64,000 bases of DNA from Mobula hypostoma (GCF_963921235.1 NC_086097.1:192884001-192948000); one strand, 5' to 3'. Shown: positions 38,346-50,072, counted from the first letter of the stretch. The notes: generated from the sequence alone by a model not told the origin. Program-made: numbers and translations.

Positions 38346-40185
38346 TAACACCTCATATTAGCAATTAAGAATGCCTAGTCCTGATTCATGAATCTGGCGC
38401 GGAAGAGGTGAAAATGAGCTTCCAGTCACTGACAGATCTATTTGTATACTTGTTACACTAGAAGCTCATGATAGTTCTGCAGAGACCTACTCAATATGGT
38501 TCAGACCTCTGCAGAATTACCATCAACTGCTAATGCTGTCAGAATGTATTATAAAATTAGTTATCTACATATTAAATAATAACTCTCCATCCTCTGAGGA
38601 AAGCTAAGAATTCTTTCCCATTTCTGCCTTCTATTAAATTTCCTTCTTCTATTACCATCTAATAGAAGTAACTGAACACATGGCTTTGCATTCACATTGC
38701 TCTGAATTGCACCACAGCTTTAATCATCCGAAGTGATTGACTTTCCACTTGACAGGATGGAAAAAACAATTGCTCTTCATTTTAAGTGCAGCTTGCGCAT
38801 GGGGACAATTCAGCTATTATTCATGGCAAATCTTTCAGGACTTCTGACAAGATCACTAGCTCTGAAAACCACTCCACAGTGAGTACTCACGGATAAATGT
38901 AGTGCTGCTGGTCACTTCAGTGCTGCCTGTGAAAGCCACGCTAAAAGTGAGAACGTCATTTGTACCGTTTACAGAACAGGGTTTTCAGATCCCCTGTAAT
39001 ATTTTGCTGAAACTAACTTTATTAGTGCTTACACTTCTCACTGTCACAGAGCAGTTGGGATTTTTGTAGTGGGTTCTTAAAAGGACAAGGAGAGTATTTC
39101 TCCAAATGATGAGATAATGCAGAAATGGAGAGAAAGATTTGATGGATCTGGATAGGCTGTTGAAGAACAGTGTCCATTCAAGACATGCTCTTAATACAAA
39201 AGGACAACAACAAAAAACAGTCTGAAGCTATAGCCAAGCACCACTATTCGGAGCTTGTCAGCAGTTTCTGATTGCTTACACCTTGAGGAATGTCTGTACT
39301 CACTCTACTGCTTCTGTAAGCTGAAGGAAAAGTAAATGATGTCTCCTCTCCTTGGGTAGGAAGACTAGGCAACTTTCTAAATTTGTAAGATGTCGCAGTG
39401 ATCAGCAACAAGCTCCTGAGGCTGGGAGCTTGAGAATGACTGTTATCCTGGCAAAGTAGTCAAGGTGCACAGGTGGAGTTGTATTTGAGGTCAGAGAAGG
39501 TCACCCCTTTCAATTGAGATGAATAATGCACCTTGAGTGATAACCTTTTAAATAACTTGATTTTAGACAAATAGCATTGGTGAAAGTTGGTTATCCCTGT
39601 GCGTAAATAGGAACTGCTGTTTATCAGTGATATTGCTGAACATTGAATTATACTTTTATTAATTTCATCTTCATAGCTTTATACTGGAATATAAGGAAGA
39701 ATAAAAACCACAATCTACTCTGATTCCGATAAATATATAATTTTTTCGGGTTGTGTCAGCAAATTTATTGCATTCATTTGTTTGTAGTGAGTCCTGCACA
39801 AAGATCCTGTTGGGCTGGTTAATTAGTGTACATATAAACTGAAAATGATTACCTTAGCCTGGTGAAGAATGTCTTGAGATGCAATGGTAAGACTCGTGTT
39901 GTATTAAAGTCTCTTACAGAGCCATTTTCCAATATGCAATGGATATGTATGAGCTGGGGTAAACTCGCAATATTTACCATCTATAAATTCAGATGTGTTC
40001 AACTAGAGATCAAGTAGTCAGAATAAACATAAAAAGCAGTCCTTAATCACACTAGGTCACCAAGTTTGGCTCCCTCAGATAAAACCATAATATCTCCCAA
40101 AAACCACTGAAATGTGAAAAGGTCATTTACACCTAATTCTTGAGTAAAACAGAACTTATAGCATTCCCAGTGGAACTGGGTTCAG

Positions 40186-40380
40186 AAGGCCAGACAGCAT
40201 CTAAGGAAAAGAGTAAACAGTTGACATTTCGGCCTGACACCCTGAGTCCTGATGAAATGTCTCAGTCCAATATGTCGAATGTTTACTCTTTTCCATAGAT
40301 GCTGCCTGCCCTGCTGCATTCCTCCAGCATTTTGCGTGTGTTGCTTTGGATTTCTAGCATCTGCAGCTTTTGTCCTGTTT
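40186..40380 (+). mobile_element. Short Penelope-derived insertion (inverted plus forward pLTR)
   Basis: 40186-40243 is the reverse complement of the pLTR at about 40255-40312; CTGATGA at 40249-40255; 16-bp TSD gtggaactgggttcag / gtgggactgggttcag. Confidence 0.8.
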
Positions 40381-40497
40381 GTGGGACTGGGTTCAGTTGC
40401 ACATACGTAGCTGTCAGCACTTTGCTGCAGTACAGTCCAAAGCCATCATCTTGAAGGCATGCTCCCTATAGGAACCAGACACCAACAAATGGGAGGG

Positions 40498-40612
40498 AGA
40501 CAACACACACAAAAAATGCTGGTGAACACAGCAGGCCAGGCAGTATCCATAGGAAGAGGTACAGTCGACGTTTCAGGCTGTCGACGTTTCAGTCGACGTT
40601 TGTCAGGACTAA
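40498..40612 (-). repeat. Penelope pLTR remnant with triplicated gtcgacgttt
   Basis: caacacacacaaaaaatgctgg...cagtcgacgtttcaggctgtcgacgtttcagtcgacgtttgtcaggac. Confidence 0.7.
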
Positions 40613-40671
40613 TAGGAGGGAGAGGTGATTTTCAGGAAAGCGTTTGAAAGCGCTAGTTCATGAAATACACG

Positions 40672-41282
40672 TGTAATGCTCAGGTCTATTGGCTTGTGTT
40701 TATCTAGGGGAAACCCCATCCATCAACCAAACCGTGTCTCACGTTTGTGTAGTTGCTGTGTAATGCACCCTGGTTCAAACTCACACATCAAATATCAGAC
40801 AGCACACAATGTACGATTTACAGATTACACTTTATAGATCTTACTGGAAATATGTAATTAATAGAGATACAATATAAAAGGAAGGTAAAAGATGCCAAAC
40901 TTATCAGAGTTCAACCACTTCGTGCACAACCGTTGGAGCTCAATTAACGGGGTCTTCTTTCTACCATTCGATCTCCTCCAACCTCCTCGACCCGCTGCCA
41001 GGGACCAACCACGGTGGTCGACCAGAGCGCATCCAGCACGTCCTCCCTCTTCAGTTCTCCTCCCGAAAAACCCACACACTCACCCAGGTTCCCACATATA
41101 CAGATAGAATAACATGGACACTCATTGGTTCATTCTCTCCCTTATCAAATATAACCCAAACAAGCAGGGAGAGAGAGAGCTCCTTACATCGCAGTTATTA
41201 TCACAGAAAAGCCATTTTACATAACATACAAAGAAGCCATTTTAGACACCTCAGCAGCCAGTGTAACCAAGACCCAGATACA
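40672..41282 (-). repeat. 3' LTR
   Basis: Direct repeat of 49480-50072; preceded on the - strand by the PPT. Confidence 0.95.
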
Positions 41283-41296
41283 CTCTCCCCCCACCA
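41283..41296 (-). other. Polypurine tract
   Basis: The - strand reads tggtggggggagag, abutting the 3' LTR TG. Confidence 0.85.
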
Positions 41297-41463
41297 AATA
41301 AAGTCATGTCCTCATGACATTAAAGGAGTTCACCAATCCTCCTTGCAAAACAAAAAATCCGATCCAGGTGCATAAAGCAGTGACATAACTTCCCAGGGCG
41401 GTAGAGATCACACCCTGTTCTCCTGGTGCTAAATAGGTCAACCTTTCCGGAGGGGGTTCCTAC

Positions 41464-43745
41464 TTCTTCATTAAGATGGAGAGTGACATAGTTAATTCAG
41501 AAACAAAGGTTCTGAACTTAAAGAGGGGTAACTTTGAAGGTATGAGACGTGAATTAGCTAAGATAGACTGGCAAATGACACTTAAAGGATTGACGGTGGA
41601 TATGCAATGGCAGGCATTTAAAGATCGCATGGATGAACTACAACAATTGTTCATCCCAATTTGGCAAAAGAATAAATCGAGGAAGGTAGTGCACCCGTGG
41701 CTGACAAGAGAAATTAGGGATAGTATCAATTCCAAAGAAGAAGCATACAAATTAGCCAGAAAAACTGGCTCACCTGAGGACTGGGAGAAATTCAGAGTTC
41801 AGCAGAGGAGGACAAAGGGCTTAATTAGGAAGGGTAAAAAAGATTATGAGAGAAAACTGGCAGGGAACATAAAAACTGACTGTAAAAGCTTTTATAGATA
41901 TGTAAAAAGGAAAAGACTGATAAAGACAAATGTAGGTCCCCTACCGACAGAAACAGGTGAATTGATTATGGGGAGCAAGGACATGGCAGACCAATTGAAT
42001 AATTACTTTAGTTCTGTCTTCACTAAGGAGGACATAAATAATCTTCCAGAAATAGTAGGGGACAGAGGGTCCAGTGAGATGGAGGAACTGAGCGAAATAC
42101 ATGTTAGTAGGGAAGTGGTGTTAGGTAAATTGAAGGGATTAAAGGCAGATAAATCCCCAGGGCCAGATGGTCTGCATCCCAGAGTGCTTAAGGAAGTAGC
42201 CCAAGAAATAATGGATGCATTAGTGATAATTTTTCAATACTCGTTAGATTCTGGACTAGTTCCTGAGGATTGGAGGGTGGCTAATGTAACCCCACTTTTT
42301 AAAAAAGGAGGGAGAGAGAAACCGGGGAATTATAGACCGGTTAGCCTAACGTCAGTGGTGGGGAAACTGCTGGAGTCAGTTATCAAAGATGTGATAACAG
42401 CACATTTGGAAAGCGGTGAAATCATTGGACAAAGTCAGCATGGATTTGTGAAAGGAAAATCATGTCTGACGAATCTCATAGAATTTTTTGAGGATGTAAC
42501 TAGTAGAGTGGATAGGGGAGAACCAGTGGATGTGGTATATTTGGATTTTCAAAAGGCTTTTGACAAGGTCCCACACAGGAGATTAGTGTGCAAACTTAAA
42601 GCACACGGTATTGGGGGTAAGGTATTGATGTGGATAGAGAATTGGTTAGCAGACAGGAAGCAAAGAGTGGGAATAAACGGGACCTTTTCAGAATGGCAGG
42701 CAGTGACTAGTGGGGTACCGCAAGGCTCAGTGCTGGGACCTCAGTTGTTTACAATATATATTAATGACTTGGATAAGGGAATTAAATGCAGCATCTCCAA
42801 GGTTGCGGATGACACGAAGCTGGGTGGCAGTGTTAGCTGTGAGGAGGATGCTAAGAGGACGCAGGGTGACTTGGATAGGTTGGGTGAGTGGGAAAATTCA
42901 TGGCAGATGCAATTTAATGTGGATAAATGTGAAGTTATCCACTTTGGTGGCAAAAATAAGAAAACAGATTATTATCTGAATTGTGGCCGATTAAGAAAAG
43001 GGGAGGTGCAACGAGACCTGGGTGTCATTATACACCAGTCATTGAAAGTGGGCATGCAGGTACAGCAGGCAGTGAAAAAGGCGAATGGTATGCTGGCATT
43101 TATAGCGAGAGGATTCGAGTACAGGAGCAGGGAGGTACTACTGCAGTTGTACAAGGCCTTGGTGAGACCACACCTGGAGTATTGTGTGCAGTTTTGGTCC
43201 CCTAATCTGAGGAAAGACATCCTTGCCATAGAGGGAGTACAAAGAAGGTTCACCAGATTGATTCCTGGGATGGCAGGACTTTCATATGAAGAAAGACTGG
43301 ATGAACTAGGCTTGTACTCATTGGAATTTAGAAGATTGAGGGGGGATCTGATTGAAATGTATAAAATCCTAAAGGGATTGGACAGGCTAGATGCAGGGGG
43401 ATTGTTCCCGATGTTGGGGAAGTCCAGAACGAGGGGTCACAGTTTGAGGATAAGGGGGAAGCCTTTTAGGACTGAGATTAGGAAAAACTTCTTCACACAG
43501 AGAGTGGTGAATCTGTGGAATTCTCTGCCACAGGAAACAGTTGAGGCCAGTTCATTGGCTATATTTAAGAGGGAGTTAGATATGGCCCTTGTGGCTACGG
43601 GGATCAGGGGGTATGGAGGGAAGGCTGGTGCAGGGTTCTGAGTTGGATAATCAGCCATGATCATAATAAATGGCGGTGCAGGCTCGAAGGGCCGAATGGC
43701 CTACTCCTGCACCTATTTTCTATGTTTCTATGTTTCTATGTTTCT
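41464..43745 (+). mobile_element. Young CR1 LINE inserted in the Gypsy integrase C-terminus
   Basis: (TTTCTATG)n tail; ttct shared at both junctions; Gypsy sequence resumes on both sides. Confidence 0.95.
41476..43641 (+). CDS. CR1 ORF2 RT, 721 aa uninterrupted, 5'-truncated
   Basis: KSPGPDGLHPRVLKE, YLDFQKAFDKVPH, SGVPQGSVLGP, SKVADDTK (F to V in FADD), HLEYCVQFWSP. Confidence 0.92.
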   Translation: MESDIVNSETKVLNLKRGNFEGMRRELAKIDWQMTLKGLTVDMQWQAFKDRMDELQQLFIPIWQKNKSRKVVHPWLTREIRDSINSKEEAYKLARKTGSPEDWEKFRVQQRRTKGLIRKGKKDYERKLAGNIKTDCKSFYRYVKRKRLIKTNVGPLPTETGELIMGSKDMADQLNNYFSSVFTKEDINNLPEIVGDRGSSEMEELSEIHVSREVVLGKLKGLKADKSPGPDGLHPRVLKEVAQEIMDALVIIFQYSLDSGLVPEDWRVANVTPLFKKGGREKPGNYRPVSLTSVVGKLLESVIKDVITAHLESGEIIGQSQHGFVKGKSCLTNLIEFFEDVTSRVDRGEPVDVVYLDFQKAFDKVPHRRLVCKLKAHGIGGKVLMWIENWLADRKQRVGINGTFSEWQAVTSGVPQGSVLGPQLFTIYINDLDKGIKCSISKVADDTKLGGSVSCEEDAKRTQGDLDRLGEWENSWQMQFNVDKCEVIHFGGKNKKTDYYLNCGRLRKGEVQRDLGVIIHQSLKVGMQVQQAVKKANGMLAFIARGFEYRSREVLLQLYKALVRPHLEYCVQFWSPNLRKDILAIEGVQRRFTRLIPGMAGLSYEERLDELGLYSLEFRRLRGDLIEMYKILKGLDRLDAGGLFPMLGKSRTRGHSLRIRGKPFRTEIRKNFFTQRVVNLWNSLPQETVEASSLAIFKRELDMALVATGIRGYGGKAGAGF

Positions 43746-46700
43746 CTGAGACATCCATACCTCCTCTGGTGATCCTTCTGGCTCAGACACCACTGGAGAC
43801 ACCCTGGGTCTACATGTCGAACCCTCGCCCGCTCCCTCACTGGGACCCCTCGGCAACTCGGAGCCCTCTGTCTCAGGTTCTGGTTCCACCCCCTCTCCTT
43901 CCAAGGCCAGCTGTATCCCAGGCTGCCTCTCAACACCCCCCCCCCCTTCTCACCTAACTCGGTGGGGGAAGGGTCAGGATCCTTTTCTTCCGGTACCAGG
44001 GAATTAACAAATGGAAGCAGGTACCACACATCCGAATCATCATCTTCCAAATCAGTATCCCTTTCTGGGGCTGGGCCCAGCCCCATCTCTTTTGCGGTGG
44101 GCTCCTCCCTCCGCAGAGTCCTCATACTAGGCGTAAACTCCAATTCGGGCTCATGGTCTACCTGCACTTCTTGACCCAGGGGCAATAGGTGGTTCCGATG
44201 GAGTACCTTGCCAGGCCCCTTCCCATCCTCTGGTCTCACCCAGTAAACAGGTAGGTTCAGCATCTGGCTCTCTACCATATGGGGGTGGCCGCCCAGCGAT
44301 CCGCCAAATTGTGCTTACCAGGTAGTCCTAAATTCTGTATACGCACCCGGTTTCCCGGCATAAGATGGGCGAACTTTACTTTCTGATCATACCTCCTCTT
44401 ATTCCCCTGATTCTGCTTGGTGACCGCCGCCTCAGCCAACTCGTACGCCCTTTTCAACTCTCCCCTCATTTCGGACACATACTTAAGATAGGGCTTCGAA
44501 GGTAATTCACCTGCTTCAGTCCCAAAACAAAGGTTAATGGGCAACCTTGCTTCCCGCCTAAACATCAGATAATAAAGCAAGTACCCCGTATCGTCATTAA
44601 GGGTACAATTGTAACATTGAAAACAAATGCCCGATGTGCTGACTCCACCTACTCTTCTGTCCGATCTCCAGAGTCCCGAGCATGTGCAAAAGGGTCCGGT
44701 TATACCTCTCAGGCTGAGGATCACCCTATGGGTGATAGAGTGTGATCCTGGATTTCTCAACCCCAAACATATCCAGTAATTCATGGACAAGCCTGCTCTC
44801 AAAGTCCTGTCCCTGATCACTATGTATCTGTCTGGGGAGGCCATAATGAACAAAATACCTTAGCCACTGTGGTCGCTTTCTGGTCCTTAGTGGGAAACAC
44901 CTGAGCATACCTAGTGTAGTGATCCATGATGACTAAGATATTCGCGGTGTTGCTGGGGTCTGGCTCAATAGACAGGAAATCCATACACACCAGGTCCATG
45001 GGTCCCATCCTCTGCAAGTGGGACAAAGGAGCCACCTGCGCAGGCAGGATCTTCCTCCGGATGCAACGACTGCATGTCTTATTGTATTCTTCTACCTCCC
45101 CCCTCACCCGGGGACAGTAAAACCGGTCCTTGAGTAATCTGTAAGTCTTTTCCACCCCCAAATGCCCGGAATCATCATGTAGTGACCTAAGCACAGTCTT
45201 CCGATACTTCTCAGGCAGGACCAGCTGGCAATGCCGGGGGCGGTCCTGGGGCAACATGACCCGGTATAAGATTTGGTTCTCCAGTTTCAACCGAGGCCAC
45301 TCTTTCAGTAGTAAAGGCACTGAGGCGTGTTTCGTCTTGTCCCCTGTTTTAGCCACGTACCAGATAGTGCCGATGCCCAGGTCATCTCGCTGAGCTTCCC
45401 CCACTTCTTTGAGGCTCAGCTCCGGCAACTGCTTGTTCTTCAGAGCAGTCAAATTACAGTAAACAGTGGGTAGAACGTCATCATCAACCCTCAATTGATC
45501 CACTGCCTGATCCGGCCCCATCGGGGCTCCTGCTTCAGCGTGACTCGCAAATTGACACATGGCCTTCACTCCCGGGGCAGGGATGCTCTCCCACTCCTCG
45601 TCCGTGCCCAATCCCTCATGCGCCCGACAAGATAAAGCATCTGCATCGATGTTCCGGCTCCCCGGCCAGTACTTCAGGTTGAACTCATAGGCAGACAAGG
45701 CCGCCAACGTCCGATGCCCTGTAGTGTCCGGTTTTGCCGAGGTCAGAATATAAGTGAGAGGATTGTTGTCCATCACCTCAAACTTGGCCCCGTATAGATA
45801 ATCACTCAACTTGTCCACCACCGCCCGTTTCAGCACCCGAAACTTCAACTTTTGAGTGGGATAGTTTCTCTCAGAAGGTGACAAACTTCAGCTGACAAAT
45901 GCCACCGGCCTCAATCCATTGCCCTGCTCCTGGTACAGGACAGCCCCCAGCCCCTCTTGGCTGGCATCAGTGTGTAGCACATACGGCTTCCGGGGGTCGG
46001 CAAAAGCCAACACTGGGGCCTGTGCCAGTACCCTTTTCAGCGATTGGAATGCCTCCTTGCATTGGGCATCCCACCTCGGTCCAAAGGACTCTGACGGGTT
46101 CAGATATCCTCCTGCCTCCGGCCCTCGGTCTCCCTTCCTTTTCTTCCCCACAGGGGGATAGCCGCACAAAAGCTGGTTAAAGAGGTGACTCATTTTAGCG
46201 TATACTTTCACAAATCGCCGATAACACCCACAGAACCCCAAAAACGAGTGCAGGGCGCTCACAGTCTGGGGACTCGGCCAGGTAGTCACTGCATCTACCT
46301 TAGCCGGATCAGTAGCCACTCCACCTTGCGAGATTATGGGTCCGACATAGCCGACAGACGTCTTGCAAAACTGGCATTTGTCCAGGGAAAGTTTCAACCC
46401 TTCCTCCTTCAGCTGGCTTAACACCTTCAGCAGCCGCTCCTCATGTTCCTCCAACGTAGATCCAAACACTATCAGGTCATCCAGATACACCAACACCTCG
46501 AGCAAGTTCATATCCCCCACTGTCCTCTCCATGTTCCTCTGGAGGTGTCTGGGGCCCCCGATATGCCTTGGGGCATTCGTTCAAACTGAAAGAATCCCAG
46601 GGGACAGATGAAGGCTGTCTTCTCTTTATCGGCCTCACTCATCGGAATCTGGTAATATCCACTCGGCAAATCCAATACGCTAAACCACTGAGCACCACTC

Positions 46701-48026
46701 AAACAGGCCAACGCTTCTTCAACCCTCAGGACCGTATACTGGTCAGGGACAGTGCGCTGGTTCAGGGTCCTGTAGTCCACGCACATGCGTACCTTCCCAT
46801 TTTTCTTCACGGCCACTACTATGGTAGACGCATAGGGGCTCCGCGACTAAGCGATAATCCCCGCATCCTTCAACTGGCGCAAGTGCTGCCGCACATCTTC
46901 TACGTCAGCCGGGGCCAACCGCCGCAACCTTTCTCTAAACAGGGTGTCATTAGTCACCTGGATAGTGTGACGAGTGCTCTTGGAACAACCCACATCAAAC
47001 TCGCCCTGAGAAAAGACATCCCCTAGCTTCAACATCTTCTCCGCCAGCCTTCTCTTACACTCCGGCGGCACAGGGGAGTCCTCAAAATTAATGGCATCCT
47101 CGGTCAGCCGCCTCCTGTTCTCCAATAGTTTTCCTCCAGTAGGCCTCACGGGGGCGCTAGACATCACCGTCACCGGGAACAAGTGCACGAGGGGCATCCC
47201 GCGCTTAAAGGTGATCTCCATCTCCGTTGTGTTCCTTACAATCACCCCCATCCGGTGAGCCTGTACAACCAAGGGCCTCTGCAATTCAGGTCTCACCAGC
47301 ACCCCAGCCGGGAACCGGGACTCCCCTTCAAGGTCTTCCGGGGCGTCTACTAACAGGACCTCGCCCACCAGTACTCCGGGGAATCTGGGGGTCCCCAACA
47401 CTAGTGCCATCTCCCCTGACAGTATCACTTTAGGTCTCCCCTGAGTACACCACACCGTCCCTCATTTGAACTCAGGGTCCAGCCCCCTGTTGCTACCGAC
47501 TTCCTCGAACGCCGCTCGAGACACAGGGTGTACTGAGAGGGTCTTCAAAAGGTTCTCCCCCGCCTTCTCCTTACAGGCTCCCAGGAGCTGTGGCACAAGA
47601 GTGGTGTTAGTGAAGGGCAGTGCCACCTGTTTCCACCGGATCCGGACAAACGAACACCGGTGTCTCAAGGGCTTCAGACACTCCCACATCGCCCTCCGAG
47701 GATTTCAATCTCACTGACAGGTACCCATCACATAGGTAATCACCATCACTTATACCCCAAATCTCCAGGGCATTAAACGGGGTTATGGGCAAACGCTTTA
47801 GATATTTGTTGTAGAACGACCGGTACAATAAGGTGACCTGTGACCCGGTGTCAAGGATGGACCTTGCAAAGATTCCCTCTATCCGTAGGGACACACTGGA
47901 GCGGGGTTCCACTAATCCGTCTGGAATAAGGGCTTGGGCTTGCGGGGGCCCCATGGTAGATTTCGGGGAATGTGTTCCTCCAGAGACTCCAGTCCGTTCC
48001 CTCACTGAGTCTCTCCTAAGTTTTCC
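43746..48026 (-). pseudogene. Gypsy pol (protease, RT, RNase H, integrase), frameshifted; last codons at 41304-41463
   Basis: ILDTGSQVT; LDLPSGYYQ, YLDDLIVF; LHTDAS..GLGAVL, NIDADALS; LHDDSGHLG..CSRC, MDFL, IHSDQG. Confidence 0.93.
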
Positions 48027-49406
48027 GACACCTTTCCCTTCTTAGTCGCCCAGGGCCTTGCCCTCCGCGGGGCATCTTGTCTCTCACAATCCTTCTGGAA
48101 GTGTTCCTCTTCCCCACAGCTGTAGCACACCTCCTGTCGCTCACATTCCCACCAGAAATGCCCTTTTTTCCACAGTTATAGCACACGCTACCTGCCGCCC
48201 CTTCCTCCCAGGACGCCCACAACTCCCAACCCTCTGCACGACCCGCCTCCTGAAAGAGGTGCTCTCCTTGTCAACCCACTCATGTGAGGGGTCCCTACCC
48301 ACCTGGGACCCCTTGGGTCGCTCGGTTCTCAACCCTGCCACCACCTCCTGTACCACTGAGGATCGTCCCCGGTGGCCAGAGTCCTCTCTCTGGCCCTACG
48401 TGCTCTCATCCTCCCACACCTCTCTAATCAGCTGAACAAACGATGGGGGGGGAAGGGCTCCTTTTATAGAACTGCCGGAAACTCCAAGCCACCTTGTCCT
48501 CCCCCAGGGAACCCCTAGATATCTGATTCATCCTCAACTTTGCCACCTCGTCCGCCTTTACTGCCCCTCGGAGCAGCAACCCATTAAGCATTACTTCCAG
48601 CCAAAGAAATGTATTCTGAGAGTTTTTCCCCTCTTCCCTGCCGCATGTTTTGAAACTCCTCTAAGAGCTCCCAGGAACCTCCCATCAATCCAAACGCTCC
48701 CTCCAAAGTTTCCAGATACTCTGACAGTGAAGCCAAGGGCTGTTCAGCCTTCAGCCCCCAGACAACACTGGCCGCCACTCCCCACAAGCTTTCCACCAAT
48801 CACTGTCTCTTTTCATCATCTGAGCCTGGCCACTCCCCTAACAACTGGGACATGCTTTCAATCCATGTCTCATAATCGTCCTCCCATTCTGGGGTGGGCG
48901 TGGCTCCTGAGAAAATTCTCAGCTTCGGGCAAGGCCCCTCGGCCCTTCTTGCCAGAGATGTAATGGCAACTGCCAACTTGGAGGTCTCACTATAGCTGGG
49001 GGACAGGGCCTGACCAATCCTTCCCACTCTGACCCCTCTTGACCCTTCTCCCTCATTACCCCGAGAACTCTATCCCTCGCAAATTCCTTCAACTCTCCAC
49101 CAGTGGCTACTGGCACCTCCCCTGGTGCGTCATCAAACTCTTCCTCCAGTGTCCCCTCAAATTCGTCCTCCGGGAGGGTTCCAATGTCATGACGTCAGCA
49201 CTCGTACGAACCAACACCAAGCTGGATTCCACTACTTTACCACACCTTCTAGCTATGAGTTCTACCTTGCCGGTAGCTTTAATCAGACTCAACCCTTGCA
49301 CTAGCACTTCTTCCGAAGTGCGAAAATCCACCCCACCTAACATGCACGCATGATTAACCGGTACTTCCTCGGACTCACACCAGCTTGCAATCTTATCCTG
49401 GTCCAT
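48002..49406 (-). pseudogene. Gypsy gag, PNMA/Ma-like, with two CCHC zinc knuckles; frameshifted
   Basis: MDQDKIASWC...HACMLGGV; KLRIFSG..PTPEWEDDYETW..QLLGEW..SDDEKRQ..ESL.G.A; CYNCGK.GHFWWEC and CYSCGEEEHFQKDC. Confidence 0.88.
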
Positions 49407-49454
49407 CTCCGCACTAACTTAACATGGTGATTTACACAGTTTCCACAGAATCCA

Positions 49455-49479
49455 AACCCAGGACAATAGCCCCCGCAAA
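49455..49479 (-). other. Primer binding site, tRNA-Pro-like, degenerate
   Basis: The - strand reads tttgcgggggctattgtcctgggttt immediately after the 5' LTR and resembles TGGGGGCTCGTCCGGGAT. Confidence 0.55.
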
Positions 49480-50072
49480 TGTAATGCTCAGGGCTATCGG
49501 CTCGTATTTATCTAGGGGAAACCCGGTCCGCCCGCCAAACCGTGTCTCACATTTGCGTAGTTGCTGTGTAATGCACCCTGGTTCAAACTCACACATCAAA
49601 CATCAGACAGCACACAATGTACGATTTACAGATTATACTTTATAGATTTTACTGGAACTATGTAATTAATAGAGATACAATATAAAAGGAAAGTAAAAGA
49701 CACCTTCATGCACAACCGTTGGAGCTCAATTATTGGGGTCTTCTTTCCACCATTCGATCTCCTCCGGCCTCCTCGACCCGCCGCCTGGGACCAACCACGG
49801 TGGTCGACCAGAGCGCGCCCAGCACGTCCTTCCTCTTTGGTTCTCCTCCTGATAAACCCGCGCACTCACCCAGGTTCCCACACATACAGATAGAATAACA
49901 TGGACACTCATTGGTTCGTTCTCTCCGTTATCAATTTTATAACCCAAACAAGCAGGGAGAGAGAGAGAACTCCTTACATCGCAGTTACTATTACAGAAAA
50001 GCCATTTTATATAACATAAAAAGAAGCCATTTTAAACACCTCAGCAGCCAGTGTAACCAAGACCCAGTTACA
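49480..50072 (-). repeat. 5' LTR, with TATAAAA on the - strand at 49935-49941
   Basis: Direct repeat of 40672-41282 with a deletion of about 22 bp; followed by the PBS and gag. Confidence 0.95.

Larger units (their letters stand above)
40672..50072 (-). mobile_element. Full-length Ty3/Gypsy LTR retrotransposon, decayed, with CR1 insertion
   Basis: Two LTRs of about 600 bp (TGTA..TACA); TSD cacg/catg; domain order gag-PR-RT-RH-IN; PBS and PPT present. Confidence 0.96.

Noticed and set aside
41283..43745. env gene between pol and the 3' LTR
   Set aside because: The long ORF is an opposite-strand CR1; only about 180 bp of Gypsy sequence remains there.
48002..49406. Domesticated PNMA gene
   Set aside because: Frameshifted and embedded in a provirus with LTRs, TSD and pol.
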